This document shows, one piece after another, positions 1 through 8,784 of a DNA stretch of 64,000 bases. The position numbers were made by a program, and so were the translations under genes. The notes under the pieces were generated by a model. The model saw only the letters and a program-made list of their open reading frames with translations, ran no database searches and was not told where the DNA came from. The first letter of the stretch is position 1; every line of letters starts with the position of its first letter. Origin of the DNA: Candidatus Latescibacterota bacterium (GTDB taxonomy: Bacteria; Latescibacterota; UBA2968; UBA8231); assembly GCA_022827835.1 (NCBI GenBank), contig JAJEIO010000032.1, positions 117,748 through 181,747 on the forward strand, read 5' to 3'.

Positions 1-543
1 TTGGGTAATCTCGGCTTGGGTGAAGAGCCGCAACACGGCGATGTGCTGGCAGCCCCCGCCGGAAATCTCGCCGCCCCAGCCGTGGACGCTAGCTCCGCGC
101 AAGGGGCCGTACTCGCCGGCGCGCAGCCAGCCGGCTGCTTCTTGTACCTCGCTCATAGCCCGTTGCAGGTTGCCGCCGGCAAAGACCACGCCGCGCGCTT
201 CGCATTCTTCGACCATGGCATCGACATCCGACAGGCGGGCCTCAATGGGCTTGTCAGTGGAGACGCCCTTGACGCCAGCTTGGGCCGCGGCGATGACGGC
301 CTCCTTGATGTACTTGCCGGGCAACACGACTACGGCAATGTCGGGGACGACGTGCCGGAAGAGGTCTTGCGCGTCTTGGTAGAGGGCGCGAACGCCGAAG
401 CGCTCGCCGACGGCTTGGCGGCGCTCGGGGTTGTATTCGGCGATGGCGACTAGCTCCGTGTTGGGCAGGGTTTGATAGACTTCGGCGTAGTGCTGGCCGA
501 GGCGGCCGCAGCCGATGATGGCGACCGTGTATTTTTCGTCCAT
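1..543 (-). CDS. Gfo/Idh/MocA family oxidoreductase, N-terminal part (3' end lies beyond window start)
   Basis: Hand translation of the minus strand from ATG 543-541 gives MDEKYTVAIIGCGRLGQHYAEVYQTLPNTELVAIAEYNPERRQAVGERFG... This is the Rossmann GxGxxG N-terminus typical of the family. AAGGAG lies 7 nt upstream, directly after the TAA of the upstream gene. It is absent from the ORF track because it is open at the window edge. The 1..453 + ORF is its antisense shadow. Confidence 0.8.
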   Translation of the reverse strand, partial: MDEKYTVAIIGCGRLGQHYAEVYQTLPNTELVAIAEYNPERRQAVGERFGVRALYQDAQDLFRHVVPDIAVVVLPGKYIKEAVIAAAQAGVKGVSTDKPIEARLSDVDAMVEECEARGVVFAGGNLQRAMSEVQEAAGWLRAGEYGPLRGASVHGWGGEISGGGCQHIAVLRLFTQAEITQ

Positions 544-556
544 GGAGAAGCTCCTT

Positions 557-2245
557 TTAGGTTGGCGCGCCCGCGCGGTAAGTTGCTGCAACCCAAGCGG
601 TGCCTTGAGCGACAGGCGCTAGATACACTTCGGCGATGGTGCCTTGGAAGCGGGCGCTGCCTCCAGCGATATGGCCGATGGTTACGGGGATGTCTGTCTG
701 TTGCAAGGGACGGTCGCAAGCTGAGCGCGAGGCTGCGAGCACGCCGTCGATGTAGAGTTGGATACGCTCGCCGTCGTACACTCCGGCGAGGTGATGGACG
801 CCGGGGGCTAGGGTTTGGTGAGTGGCAATGCTGACTGCGCCGCTGGTGGTGTTGACGATGAAACTGGGGCCGGGCACGGCTGCGCAGAGTCCGCCGTTGT
901 GGCCTACATCGCCGTAGCGCAGGGAGAACGCGCCATCTGTCCCGAGGGTGTCGTAGCGTTGTACGCGGCCGTGGGCGTGGCTACCGTCGCGGTCGCCGCG
1001 CCAGGGGGCGGTGTAGAAATAGCGTCCGTCGAATGCGCCGGCGTTGTACGCGGTGGTGTGCAGGCCGTCGGTATAGCTGGCGTCGTGCGTGTCCCAAGCG
1101 GCTGGGTCGTCGAACGGTGCGGCCGTGTCGTAGCGCAGCCAGGAGCCGTGGAAGACGCTCTCGCCGGGTGCGGCGGCGCGGGTGAAGGGCACGTAGTATA
1201 TGTAGCGTCCGTCGAAGAAGCCGCCGTCAAAGCCGCTGTTCTCCACGGGAACGTGGGTGTCCCAGCTTTGTGGATCGGCAAATGGCGCGGCCGTGTCGTA
1301 GCGCAGCATTGTGCTGTTGCCGTAAGAGCAAAAATAGATGTGCCGCCCGTCGAACACGGCACCGACATTCATCTGCATTCCCAAGGGACGGGCGTCGTAC
1401 AGGTCCCAGCTTTGCGGGTCGGCAAAATCCTCGGCGACTGCGTAGCGGAGGACGTGGCCGCTGCTGAGCGGCGCGAAGTAGATATGGCGTCCGTCGAATG
1501 CGGCACCGTCGAAACAGGCCGCCTCCGGGTGGAGTTGTTGGGCATTGAAGACGGCGTAGCTCGCGGAATCCTTCAGGGGGGAGCGGGTGTCGTAGCGGAG
1601 GATGTGGCCGCTGTTCTCGTCGTCCAAACCGCCGGTTGACGACCGGGTGTAGCCTGGGCAGAAGTAGAGGTACTGTCCGTCAAAGGCGAGGCCCTGTCCC
1701 GAGTGGGGGAGTTGGGCGTCGTAGGCTTCCCAAGCGGCTGGGTCTTTGAAGGCGGCTTGGGTGTCGTAGCGCAAGAGCCGCGAGTGGTGGACGGTGCCGT
1801 CATCGCGGGGATTGAAGTACACGTAGCGCCCGTCAAAGGCTCCGCCGTAGAAGCCCGAGGTGTGCAGGCCGTCGGTGTAGCTGGCGTCGTAGGCGGCCCA
1901 AGCGCTTGGGTCTTTGAAATCGGCTTGGGTGTCGAGGCGGAGGACGCGGCCGTGGACGGACGTGCGCTCATTCTGGTCGCGGATGGGGCAGAAGTATGTG
2001 TAGCGCCCGTCGAATACCGCGCCGAAGTAGCCTTGGGTCACTAAGCCGTCGGTGTGGCCGGCGTCATAGGCGGCGAAGGCGTCGAGTGCGGCGCGGGGCT
2101 GCCACTGCGAGACCAGCGGCTGCATGGCTTCGGCGCGGGCAGAGGGGCTTTCGACCCAAGCGGCGACCGTCAGCGTTTTGTCGAGGGAACAGTCGAGCGC
2201 GAAGGGGGCGTTGGAGCGGGTGCGGTATTCGGGGGTTGCGGACAT
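557..2245 (-). CDS. LamG/concanavalin-like protein with a nested seven-fold ~50-aa repeat (putative beta-propeller), function unknown
   Basis: 562-aa ORF. The N-terminal piece (FALDCSLDKTLTVAAWV) and C-terminal piece (HHLAGVYDGERIQLYIDGVLAA...ARFQGTIAEVYLAP) look like two halves of a LamG jelly roll. Between them are seven repeats with the pattern YDA..TDG...G.FDGR(Y/H)(I/V)YF...LRYDT..F.DP..W. No signal peptide. Confidence 0.7.
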   Translation of the reverse strand: MSATPEYRTRSNAPFALDCSLDKTLTVAAWVESPSARAEAMQPLVSQWQPRAALDAFAAYDAGHTDGLVTQGYFGAVFDGRYTYFCPIRDQNERTSVHGRVLRLDTQADFKDPSAWAAYDASYTDGLHTSGFYGGAFDGRYVYFNPRDDGTVHHSRLLRYDTQAAFKDPAAWEAYDAQLPHSGQGLAFDGQYLYFCPGYTRSSTGGLDDENSGHILRYDTRSPLKDSASYAVFNAQQLHPEAACFDGAAFDGRHIYFAPLSSGHVLRYAVAEDFADPQSWDLYDARPLGMQMNVGAVFDGRHIYFCSYGNSTMLRYDTAAPFADPQSWDTHVPVENSGFDGGFFDGRYIYYVPFTRAAAPGESVFHGSWLRYDTAAPFDDPAAWDTHDASYTDGLHTTAYNAGAFDGRYFYTAPWRGDRDGSHAHGRVQRYDTLGTDGAFSLRYGDVGHNGGLCAAVPGPSFIVNTTSGAVSIATHQTLAPGVHHLAGVYDGERIQLYIDGVLAASRSACDRPLQQTDIPVTIGHIAGGSARFQGTIAEVYLAPVAQGTAWVAATYRAGAPT

Positions 2246-2260
2246 GGCGTTGTAAGAGTC

Positions 2261-3352
2261 CTAAGGGAAAACGTGGCGTTCTACTAAGTAGCGCTCGACG
2301 CCGTCGCAGTCGAGGGTGTAGCCCAAGCCCGGTCGGTCGGAGACTAGGAAGCTGCCCTCTTCGAGGACGAATTCTTCGTTGACCAAGGAGTGCTGCCAGG
2401 CAATGGGGCCGACCATGTCGTAGGGCTGGGTCAAATGGGGCATGCAGGCGGCCACGTGTAGGCCCATAGCAGCTCCTGGTCCATAGGCTACAGTCTGCGA
2501 CCAGCCGCCCAGCCCCAGCGCGTGCGCGAAGTGCGAGCGGTGCAGGGTTTCAAAGTGGCTGGCTCCGCCGACGATGACGTAGTCGAGGGCCTCGGCCTGA
2601 AAGCGGTGCAACATATCGGCCGCGTCGCCGACGTGGTCGCCAATAGGCAGGTCGATGGTGTGGCGCAGGCGGCGCCATTCGGAAAACGTGCCGCCGTACG
2701 CGCCTTTGGCGATGGGGCTTTCGAGCGAGTCCATGCGGTGGCCCTGTAGGCGGCGGGCCAGTTCTTGGGCCACCCAGACTTCTTCTAAGCGCCAGCGGAT
2801 ATCCGGGCGCACTACCATGTCGGGAACCACTCGGTGAATGGCCTCGATCCGGTCGGTGACGTAGCGGATGCGCTCTTCGGGGGTTTGCTCGCGGCTGGTG
2901 ATGCACTTCATCTTGTATGCGCGGAAACCCTGCTCCCAGCCCCATTGGGCATCTTCTGCGGTGTGTTCGGGCGTTTTGTATCCGGTGCATTGGGTGACTG
3001 GGATGCGGTCGCGCAACCGTCCGCCCAGTAATTGCCAGATAGGCACGCCCAGGGCTTGGCCGCGCAGGTCGAGCACGGCCTGCTCGAAAGCGCCCTGCAT
3101 GGGGTCGTTGCCCTGCGCCAAGTTGACTTGGAGGACGTCCTGCCCCAGCCAGGCCTCAAACTGCTGGCGCATGGTGTCTAGGGCGGTAGAGCGCCCGACT
3201 AGCGTCAGGCCGGTCAAGCCCTGATCGGTCTCGACTTCGGCGACGCCGTGCTCGTCACGCTGGTGCGAGGGCTGGCCGTACACGTCGTCCGACCACCACC
3301 AGTGGCGCTCGGGCACGTTGACGATGTGGAGAATGATGCGAGTGATTTTCAC
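2261..3352 (-). CDS. Enolase-superfamily enzyme (mandelate racemase/muconate lactonizing enzyme family)
   Basis: ORF 2261..3373. I prefer the GTG at 3352, which has AGGAGG 6 nt upstream, just after the TAG of the upstream gene. VKITRIILHIVNVP..., LDLRGQALGVPIWQLLGG, and a capping domain plus barrel layout typical of MR/MLE. Confidence 0.75.
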   Translation of the reverse strand: MKITRIILHIVNVPERHWWWSDDVYGQPSHQRDEHGVAEVETDQGLTGLTLVGRSTALDTMRQQFEAWLGQDVLQVNLAQGNDPMQGAFEQAVLDLRGQALGVPIWQLLGGRLRDRIPVTQCTGYKTPEHTAEDAQWGWEQGFRAYKMKCITSREQTPEERIRYVTDRIEAIHRVVPDMVVRPDIRWRLEEVWVAQELARRLQGHRMDSLESPIAKGAYGGTFSEWRRLRHTIDLPIGDHVGDAADMLHRFQAEALDYVIVGGASHFETLHRSHFAHALGLGGWSQTVAYGPGAAMGLHVAACMPHLTQPYDMVGPIAWQHSLVNEEFVLEEGSFLVSDRPGLGYTLDCDGVERYLVERHVFP

Positions 3353-3363
3353 GGGAGCCTCCT

Positions 3364-4620
3364 CTAGACCCAAATGGGCCAGTCGCGTTCTTGGAGTTTG
3401 CGCCAGAGTTCATCGAAGTCTGCGCTGCCGTCGTCTTCGCGCTCGGTGAGGCAGATACCGGGGGCGAAGGCTTCGTCAACGCCTTGTTTCATCAGGCGCT
3501 CGGCCTGGCGCAGGTTGCAGTAGTAGTGTTCGAGGCCGCCGGGCAGGGTTACGACGGAGAAGTGGCGCGGCCATTGCGGCGCGGGCACATCGCGGTAGCG
3601 CTCGACTGCATCCTCGTCTAGTTCTACTCCTAAACCGGGGCCTGTGGGTACCTGCATAAAGCCGCGTTGGACTTGATGCGGCTCGACGATTAGGTCGTCT
3701 TCGTACGTGTGATGAGCGGTTACGCCCGGTAGGGTAGCCGTGTGCATGACCGCGCCGAGGTGGCAGGCGAAGGCCGCGGTGATGCCGGTGCCGACGTATT
3801 GCAAGAGGATCGGGGTATTGGCCGCGGCAAAGGCCCAAGAAGCGGCCAGCGCATTGCGTATGGTCTCGTGGCTGCAGAGCGCGCCGTCGAAATCGCCAGC
3901 GCGCAGCCCAAGCCAGGGGCCGGAAGGCTGGCGCGAAGGGCCGTCGAAGATGGTGCTGACGCCGTGGAGGTAGAAGGGAATGCGGATTTCTTGGTGCAAG
4001 CGCCGCCAGCCCTCGATGTCATAGGCGAAGATCGGCTCTTCGATTCCTTTGATTATGGGAATTTGTTCCAACTGGCGCAGGATGGGCAAAGCTTTTTCCA
4101 CGTTGACGAGTGCGCCGTTGAAGTCGAATTCAATGCGGAAGTCGGGCGGGGCGGCCTCCTGCATAGCTTGGGCTTGCTCGACCACGTCGTAGAAGGCGCG
4201 GGCTTTGCATTTTAACCCGCGATAGCCGCGGGCGGCGGCTTCTTGCACCTCGGCGGCCGAGTCCTCGGGCGACATGCTGGGCATCCACCAACCCATGCTC
4301 ACCCATTCCCGCACCTGTTGGCCCATTAGCTTCCAAGCCGGCAGCCCGAGGTGTTTGCCCATTAGGTCATAACAGGCCATGTCGAGGTTGAAGCGTCCGG
4401 TGCCCATGACGTGGTCGAAAGGATTGGTGCCGAGGTAGGGGTCAAGCAAGGTCTGCTCAAAGGGCGGGCCGGGGTTTTCGCCCAAGCCTACTAGGCCGGT
4501 ATCGGTGTGGAATTTGTACACGGTTACCTCTTCGTTCATGCCGAAGTGGTAGAACGCCTTGCGGATGCGATCCTCGTAGGGAAGGCGCAGGGGGATGACT
4601 TCGATGGTGGTGATTTGCAC
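3364..4620 (-). CDS. Enolase-superfamily enzyme (MR/MLE family), divergent paralogue
   Basis: ORF 3364..4674. Preferred start is the GTG at 4620 (AGGAG 7 nt upstream). VQITTIEVIPLRLPY, HLGLPAWKLMGQ, and metal-ligand-like FDFNGA and IEEPIF. Confidence 0.75.
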   Translation of the reverse strand: MQITTIEVIPLRLPYEDRIRKAFYHFGMNEEVTVYKFHTDTGLVGLGENPGPPFEQTLLDPYLGTNPFDHVMGTGRFNLDMACYDLMGKHLGLPAWKLMGQQVREWVSMGWWMPSMSPEDSAAEVQEAAARGYRGLKCKARAFYDVVEQAQAMQEAAPPDFRIEFDFNGALVNVEKALPILRQLEQIPIIKGIEEPIFAYDIEGWRRLHQEIRIPFYLHGVSTIFDGPSRQPSGPWLGLRAGDFDGALCSHETIRNALAASWAFAAANTPILLQYVGTGITAAFACHLGAVMHTATLPGVTAHHTYEDDLIVEPHQVQRGFMQVPTGPGLGVELDEDAVERYRDVPAPQWPRHFSVVTLPGGLEHYYCNLRQAERLMKQGVDEAFAPGICLTEREDDGSADFDELWRKLQERDWPIWV

Positions 4621-4756
4621 GGCGTGGCTCCTGTGGGGCTTGGGACGCGATTTTGTGGCCAGAGATATAGGCAATTCAGGCGAGGAATGAAAGCCTCTAA
4701 TTTTCCTCCATGCCGTGCGCGTTGCTTGGAAGCGGTGGTGATTCTACTTTCCTGCC

Positions 4757-6721
4757 ATGTTAAAATCAAAAGCAACCAGTCTCTGGCTCCTGTTGGTGTG
4801 CGCCGTCGCCGCGTGGGGTACCGAAGCTCCGTTTAGCCGGGGCGTCAACCTGACCAATTGGCTGCAAGCGTCCAGTGCGCAGAACGTGCACTTTGCCAAG
4901 TTTGGCCGGACCGATTTCGCGCAGATCCAACAGCTTGGCTGCGATGTGGTGCGCCTGCCAATTAATCTGCACGCCATGACGAGCGGTCCGCCGTCCTACC
5001 GCATCGACCCCTTGCTCTACGACTTTCTCGATCAAATCGCGGATTGGGCCGACGAGTTGGGGCTGCATCTGATTTTGGACAACCACTCGTTTGATCCGGC
5101 GGTGAGTACGTCGCCGGACATTGGCGACGTACTGGTGCCGGTGTGGACCCAACTCGCCGCGCATTTTGCCGCGCATCCGGCCCAACTCTACTACGAGATC
5201 CTCAACGAGCCGCACGGCATTAACGACGCGGCTTGGAACGCAATTCAGCAGCAGGTGATCGACGCGATTAGGCAGGTGGATCAGCAGCACGCGATAGTGG
5301 TTGGCCCGGCCAACTGGAACAGCTTCCGCAACCTGCAGCGGATGCCGGTTTTTGCCGACGACAACCTCGTGTACACGTTTCACTTCTACGAGCCTTTTGT
5401 CTTTACCCACCAAGGTGCTAGCTGGACCAATCCCTCCTTGGTGCCGCTGCGCGGCGTGCCCTTTCCCTACGAGCGGGCGCGGATGCCGGCGTTGCCCTCG
5501 TCCTTGCAGGGCACGTGGGTCGGCACGGCGCTGGGCAATTACAGTCAAGAGGGCACTATCACGCAGATGCGCATACTGATTGACGAGGCTGCGGCCTTTC
5601 AGAAGGATCGCGGCGTGCCGCTGTTCTGTGGGGAGTTTGGGGTGTACAGTCCCAACAGCGACAACAGCGACCGCGTCTTGTGGTACGAGGTGGTGCGGCA
5701 GCACTTGGAGGAACGGGGTATTGCGTGGACGATTTGGGACTATCGCGGTGGTTTTGGGCTGTTTGAGCGCGGGTCGGACGAGTTGTTCGAGTTTGACCTG
5801 AACGTGCCGCTGTTGGAGGCGCTGGGGCTAAACGTGCCGCCGCAGCGGGATTTTGTCGCCGAGCCGGACCAACAGGGGTTTGTGCTCTACGAGGACTCCC
5901 TCGGCCCGCACATGGCCGAGTCCAACCACCTCAGTGCGGGCACGGTTGATTACTATGATGAGGCGGACCCAGCGGTGGGCCGCTACTGCATGCGCTGGAC
6001 CGGGGTGCCGCTCTACGGGTTTATTGGCTTCGACTTCAAGCCCTTCAAGGATCTGTCCGCGTTGGCCGCGACGGGCTACGCGGTCGAGTTCTGGGTGCGG
6101 GGGGATACTCCAGGGTCGTCGTTTGACATTCGCTTGGTCGATACGGATACCGAAGATCCGGACGACCACCCTTGGCGCATGCGCTATACGATAGATGAGC
6201 AGGTGGCCGCTTGGGATGGTGCATGGCACAAGGTGCATATTCCCTTGCGCGACTTTGCCGAGCACGGGGCTTGGGAGAATGAGTGGTTCAATCCGGTCGG
6301 CGCGTTCGACTGGCAGGCCATTGATCGCTTCGACATCGTGGCCGAGCACCATGCCTTAGATGGGATTCAGTTCTGGTTCGACGAACTGCGGATTGTGGGA
6401 CCGGAGTTGACTGCCGTGCTCGGCGAGGCTGCGTCGCAGCCAGCCGCCTTAGCGTTGGCCGCGAATTATCCCAACCCGTTCAATGCGACGACTGCGATCC
6501 GCTATGCACTGCCGACCGCTGGGTCGGTGCATCTGGCGGTCTATGCGCTGAACGGCCAGCAGGTAAGGACGCTGGTGCAGGGCGTGACGGCTCCGGGGCG
6601 GTACTTGGCGCATTGGGATGGGCACGACGATGCGGGGCGGGCGGTGGCCAGCGGCGTGTACCTGTATCGCTTGGCCGCTGTGGGTGGGGTGCGGACCGGG
6701 AAGATGACGTTGGTGCGCTGA
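4757..6721 (+). CDS. Secreted glycoside hydrolase family 5 (cellulase/mannanase-like) with CBM-like module and T9SS-type C-terminal sorting domain
   Basis: Signal peptide MLKSKATSLWLLLVCAVAAWG. GH5 motifs: ILDNHSF, the acid/base YYEILNEPHG, FHFYEP, and the nucleophile LFCGEFGV. The last ~80 aa (NYPNPFNATTAIRYALP...GVYLYRL...KMTLVR) match the Por_Secre_tail/FlgD-Ig-like CTD. Confidence 0.88.
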   Translation: MLKSKATSLWLLLVCAVAAWGTEAPFSRGVNLTNWLQASSAQNVHFAKFGRTDFAQIQQLGCDVVRLPINLHAMTSGPPSYRIDPLLYDFLDQIADWADELGLHLILDNHSFDPAVSTSPDIGDVLVPVWTQLAAHFAAHPAQLYYEILNEPHGINDAAWNAIQQQVIDAIRQVDQQHAIVVGPANWNSFRNLQRMPVFADDNLVYTFHFYEPFVFTHQGASWTNPSLVPLRGVPFPYERARMPALPSSLQGTWVGTALGNYSQEGTITQMRILIDEAAAFQKDRGVPLFCGEFGVYSPNSDNSDRVLWYEVVRQHLEERGIAWTIWDYRGGFGLFERGSDELFEFDLNVPLLEALGLNVPPQRDFVAEPDQQGFVLYEDSLGPHMAESNHLSAGTVDYYDEADPAVGRYCMRWTGVPLYGFIGFDFKPFKDLSALAATGYAVEFWVRGDTPGSSFDIRLVDTDTEDPDDHPWRMRYTIDEQVAAWDGAWHKVHIPLRDFAEHGAWENEWFNPVGAFDWQAIDRFDIVAEHHALDGIQFWFDELRIVGPELTAVLGEAASQPAALALAANYPNPFNATTAIRYALPTAGSVHLAVYALNGQQVRTLVQGVTAPGRYLAHWDGHDDAGRAVASGVYLYRLAAVGGVRTGKMTLVR

Positions 6722-6819
6722 CGCTAGTGCTTCTGGTCCGCGTTTTGCTTTTGCCGAATAGCAAGGTGCTCTATTGAACGGGTGCCCGATGGTTAGTACA
6801 TTGACCTATCAAGAAGGAG

Positions 6820-7170
6820 ATGGCAGGCGTGGCAGAACATTCCCCTCTCGACTACGGCGACCGCCTTGGTCGCCTCGAAGGCATCATTGAGCAGATCAAC
6901 GACCGCTTAGGCAGCTTGGAGCGTCGCATGAGCAGCTTAGAGGCCCAGATGGGCAGCTTGAAGAGCGATTTAGAGAGCCGCATGAGCAGCTTAGAGATCA
7001 AGTTAGAGGCTCGTATGAACAGTTTGAAGAGCGATTTAGAGGGGCGCATGAACAGCTTGGAGAATAGCCACCGCCGGGACTTTCGCTGGCTGATTGGCAC
7101 GATGATCGGCATGTGGGCGACGATGATGGGCTTGCTCGTGACGGTGACCGTTAAGGTCTTTTCGGGCTAG
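6820..7170 (+). CDS. Small coiled-coil protein with C-terminal membrane anchor (DUF1640/Bdr-like architecture)
   Basis: 116 aa. Degenerate repeats RM(S/N)SL(E/K)...SLKSDLE, followed by RRDFRWLIGTMIGMWATMMGLLVTVTV (a TM helix). GGAG lies just upstream, so the start is either ATG 6820 or GTG 6829. Confidence 0.6.
   Translation: MAGVAEHSPLDYGDRLGRLEGIIEQINDRLGSLERRMSSLEAQMGSLKSDLESRMSSLEIKLEARMNSLKSDLEGRMNSLENSHRRDFRWLIGTMIGMWATMMGLLVTVTVKVFSG
6904..7068 (+). repeat. In-frame degenerate tandem repeats (11/18-residue spacing) inside the coiled-coil gene
   Basis: cgcatgagcagcttagag occurs twice. ag(c/t)ttgaagagcgatttagag occurs twice. RM(S/N)SL recurs at residues 36, 54, 65 and 76. Confidence 0.8.
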
Positions 7171-7326
7171 CTGAAACTGTTACCGTATAGAAGCAAGTGT
7201 TACCGTACTTCCACAAATCCACCCCTACGAATTCCTAGTACTTAAAAAGCAGGTCAAGGCACATAGCGGCAGCGGGGAAGCCGCGCTATCGGTGTTGTGC
7301 AGCCGTGGGCACGAGGTCGCCGACTC

Positions 7327-8784
7327 CTATTCAACGCGCCGGTCTTCCAGCCAATAGGCGTATAGCCGCGCTTGGTGCAAGTAGAACTTCAGGCGCACTG
7401 GTTTTTCAAATACCAGATCGTGCGGGTGTTTCCACGCGTATTTGGCGCACAGACTGTCGCCGGTAAAGGGCGGCGGTTCCTCTCCGGGTACCCAGAAGTT
7501 AGGAAGGGGCCTACCGGTCTCGGCGTCTTGGATCTCGGCGTAGATTTCGCCCCAGCGGGCGTCGGCGTTGAGGTAGAGGTCTTGGCCGCGCCAGTGGAAG
7601 GGTTGGGTGACGAGGGTGGCGATTTCGTCGCCGTCGATGGAGACGAAGCGGTCGGGCGGCAGCTTGGCCAAGCAGAGCGCACCCGGGTCGGCGAAGTGGC
7701 GCTCTTCTACTCCGAGTCGGAACAGTTCCTTGCAGCGGTTGAAGCGCTGGTACATTTCCACGCTGCCCGGTATGCGGAGGGCGTTGTAGTAAGCCCAAAT
7801 CTCGCCGTCTTCGCGCACCAGCGGCGCGCCGGCCATGAGGAGCTGGCTGGTGCCGTAGTTTTCCCCGTCCCAAGGTTCGATACCGATAAAGGGCGTGCGG
7901 TCGGCCACGCGGTCCCAGGTGTGCAGGTCGCGCGAGACGGCCATTTCGATCTGGTTGATGCGGGTGAAATTGGTGGCTGGCGGCGGGATGGCACCGATGG
8001 GGTTGAAGACGGTGGGGAAGCCGATGTACAGCCCCTGATAGGGCATGACGGCCATGTTGTAGATTTCGGCGTGGTAGTCTTCGTCATCGACGATTGGTGG
8101 GGTGATGTACGCGGGATCGTCGACGATGGTGCGGACGCGTTGGCGGCAGTTTTCCCAATCGCTTTCGTCGGCGTGGAAGATGAGTTCGGGCTCGGTGAAG
8201 TGGTCGAAGTCGCGGCTGGTCGCCAGCCAGACCGAGCGACCCCATTCGGTGGGCTGCTTGACCATGGCGAGGAATTGCTCGGTATAGGGGTCGTACACAA
8301 ACTGGGACTCGTCTTGGCTGGGGATGAAGGAGCTGGGGAGCGGGGTCCAAGCAAAGCCGTCGGGCGAGACGGCACCGTCGCGGCCACTGCTGCCGAACAG
8401 GGCCTTGTAGCGGCGGTTCGGGTCTGGGTCGTGCTCGTCGCGGACGATGTGGTACAGGCCTGGGCCGTTGGGGTCGCAGGCGATGTTGTTGTCTTTGCTG
8501 CCGTTTGACTCGTATAGCCCAAGGGAGGGTTTTTCCCAGTGCTCGCCGTCGCGGGAGGTGGCAAAGCGGGCTTGCGGGCCGTTGTACCACCATTCGTAGC
8601 GTCCCTCGTCCGGGTTCCACAAGGGCGCGCTGCGGCTCTGGATGCCGCCGGCGATGAGGGGGCCGCACTTTTTGGGCGGGTGTAGGGTGCGGGTGGTGCC
8701 TTGCTCAGAGACTAAGGCGCGGTTGTCGAGGAAGAGTTGATGGTGCTTTTTGGGGTCGATGAGGTCGGTGGACATGGTTATCAC
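7327..8784 (-). CDS. Predicted glycoside-hydrolase-like beta-propeller protein (GH32/43/130-like fold), paralogue of 48076..49518
   Basis: 485 aa. LFLDNRAL..., RFATSRDGEHWEKPSLGLYESNGSKDNNI, AVSPDGFAWT. It shares these blocks with the 48076 gene (LFIDERLF, YAESADGLHWEKPVLGLVEFRGSRDNNI). The start is GTG 8784, abutting the upstream stop, or ATG 8775. Confidence 0.5.
   Translation of the reverse strand: MITMSTDLIDPKKHHQLFLDNRALVSEQGTTRTLHPPKKCGPLIAGGIQSRSAPLWNPDEGRYEWWYNGPQARFATSRDGEHWEKPSLGLYESNGSKDNNIACDPNGPGLYHIVRDEHDPDPNRRYKALFGSSGRDGAVSPDGFAWTPLPSSFIPSQDESQFVYDPYTEQFLAMVKQPTEWGRSVWLATSRDFDHFTEPELIFHADESDWENCRQRVRTIVDDPAYITPPIVDDEDYHAEIYNMAVMPYQGLYIGFPTVFNPIGAIPPPATNFTRINQIEMAVSRDLHTWDRVADRTPFIGIEPWDGENYGTSQLLMAGAPLVREDGEIWAYYNALRIPGSVEMYQRFNRCKELFRLGVEERHFADPGALCLAKLPPDRFVSIDGDEIATLVTQPFHWRGQDLYLNADARWGEIYAEIQDAETGRPLPNFWVPGEEPPPFTGDSLCAKYAWKHPHDLVFEKPVRLKFYLHQARLYAYWLEDRRVE

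Noticed and set aside
1-453. 150-aa plus-strand ORF at the window start
   Set aside because: It is antisense to a clear Gfo/Idh/MocA N-terminus on the minus strand (MDEKYTVAIIGCGRLG...). Its Gly/Ala/Leu-rich composition is typical of GC-shadow ORFs.
815-1639. Long shadow ORFs overlapping real genes. Examples: 815..1639 +, 4766..5704 -, 7372..8508 +, 15058..15831 +, 18727..19656 -, 42233..42781 -, 55572..56309 +.
   Set aside because: Each overlaps a gene with strong family motifs on the other strand or in another frame. Their translations are Arg/Ala/Gly/Pro-rich low-complexity strings with no motifs, which is expected in about 60% GC DNA.
7178-7207. 10-bp direct repeat TGTTACCGTA x2 spaced 20 bp apart in the 6820/7327 convergent intergenic region
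   Set aside because: It is too short to exclude chance and lies in a 3'-3' region with no promoter to regulate. I noted it but did not call it.
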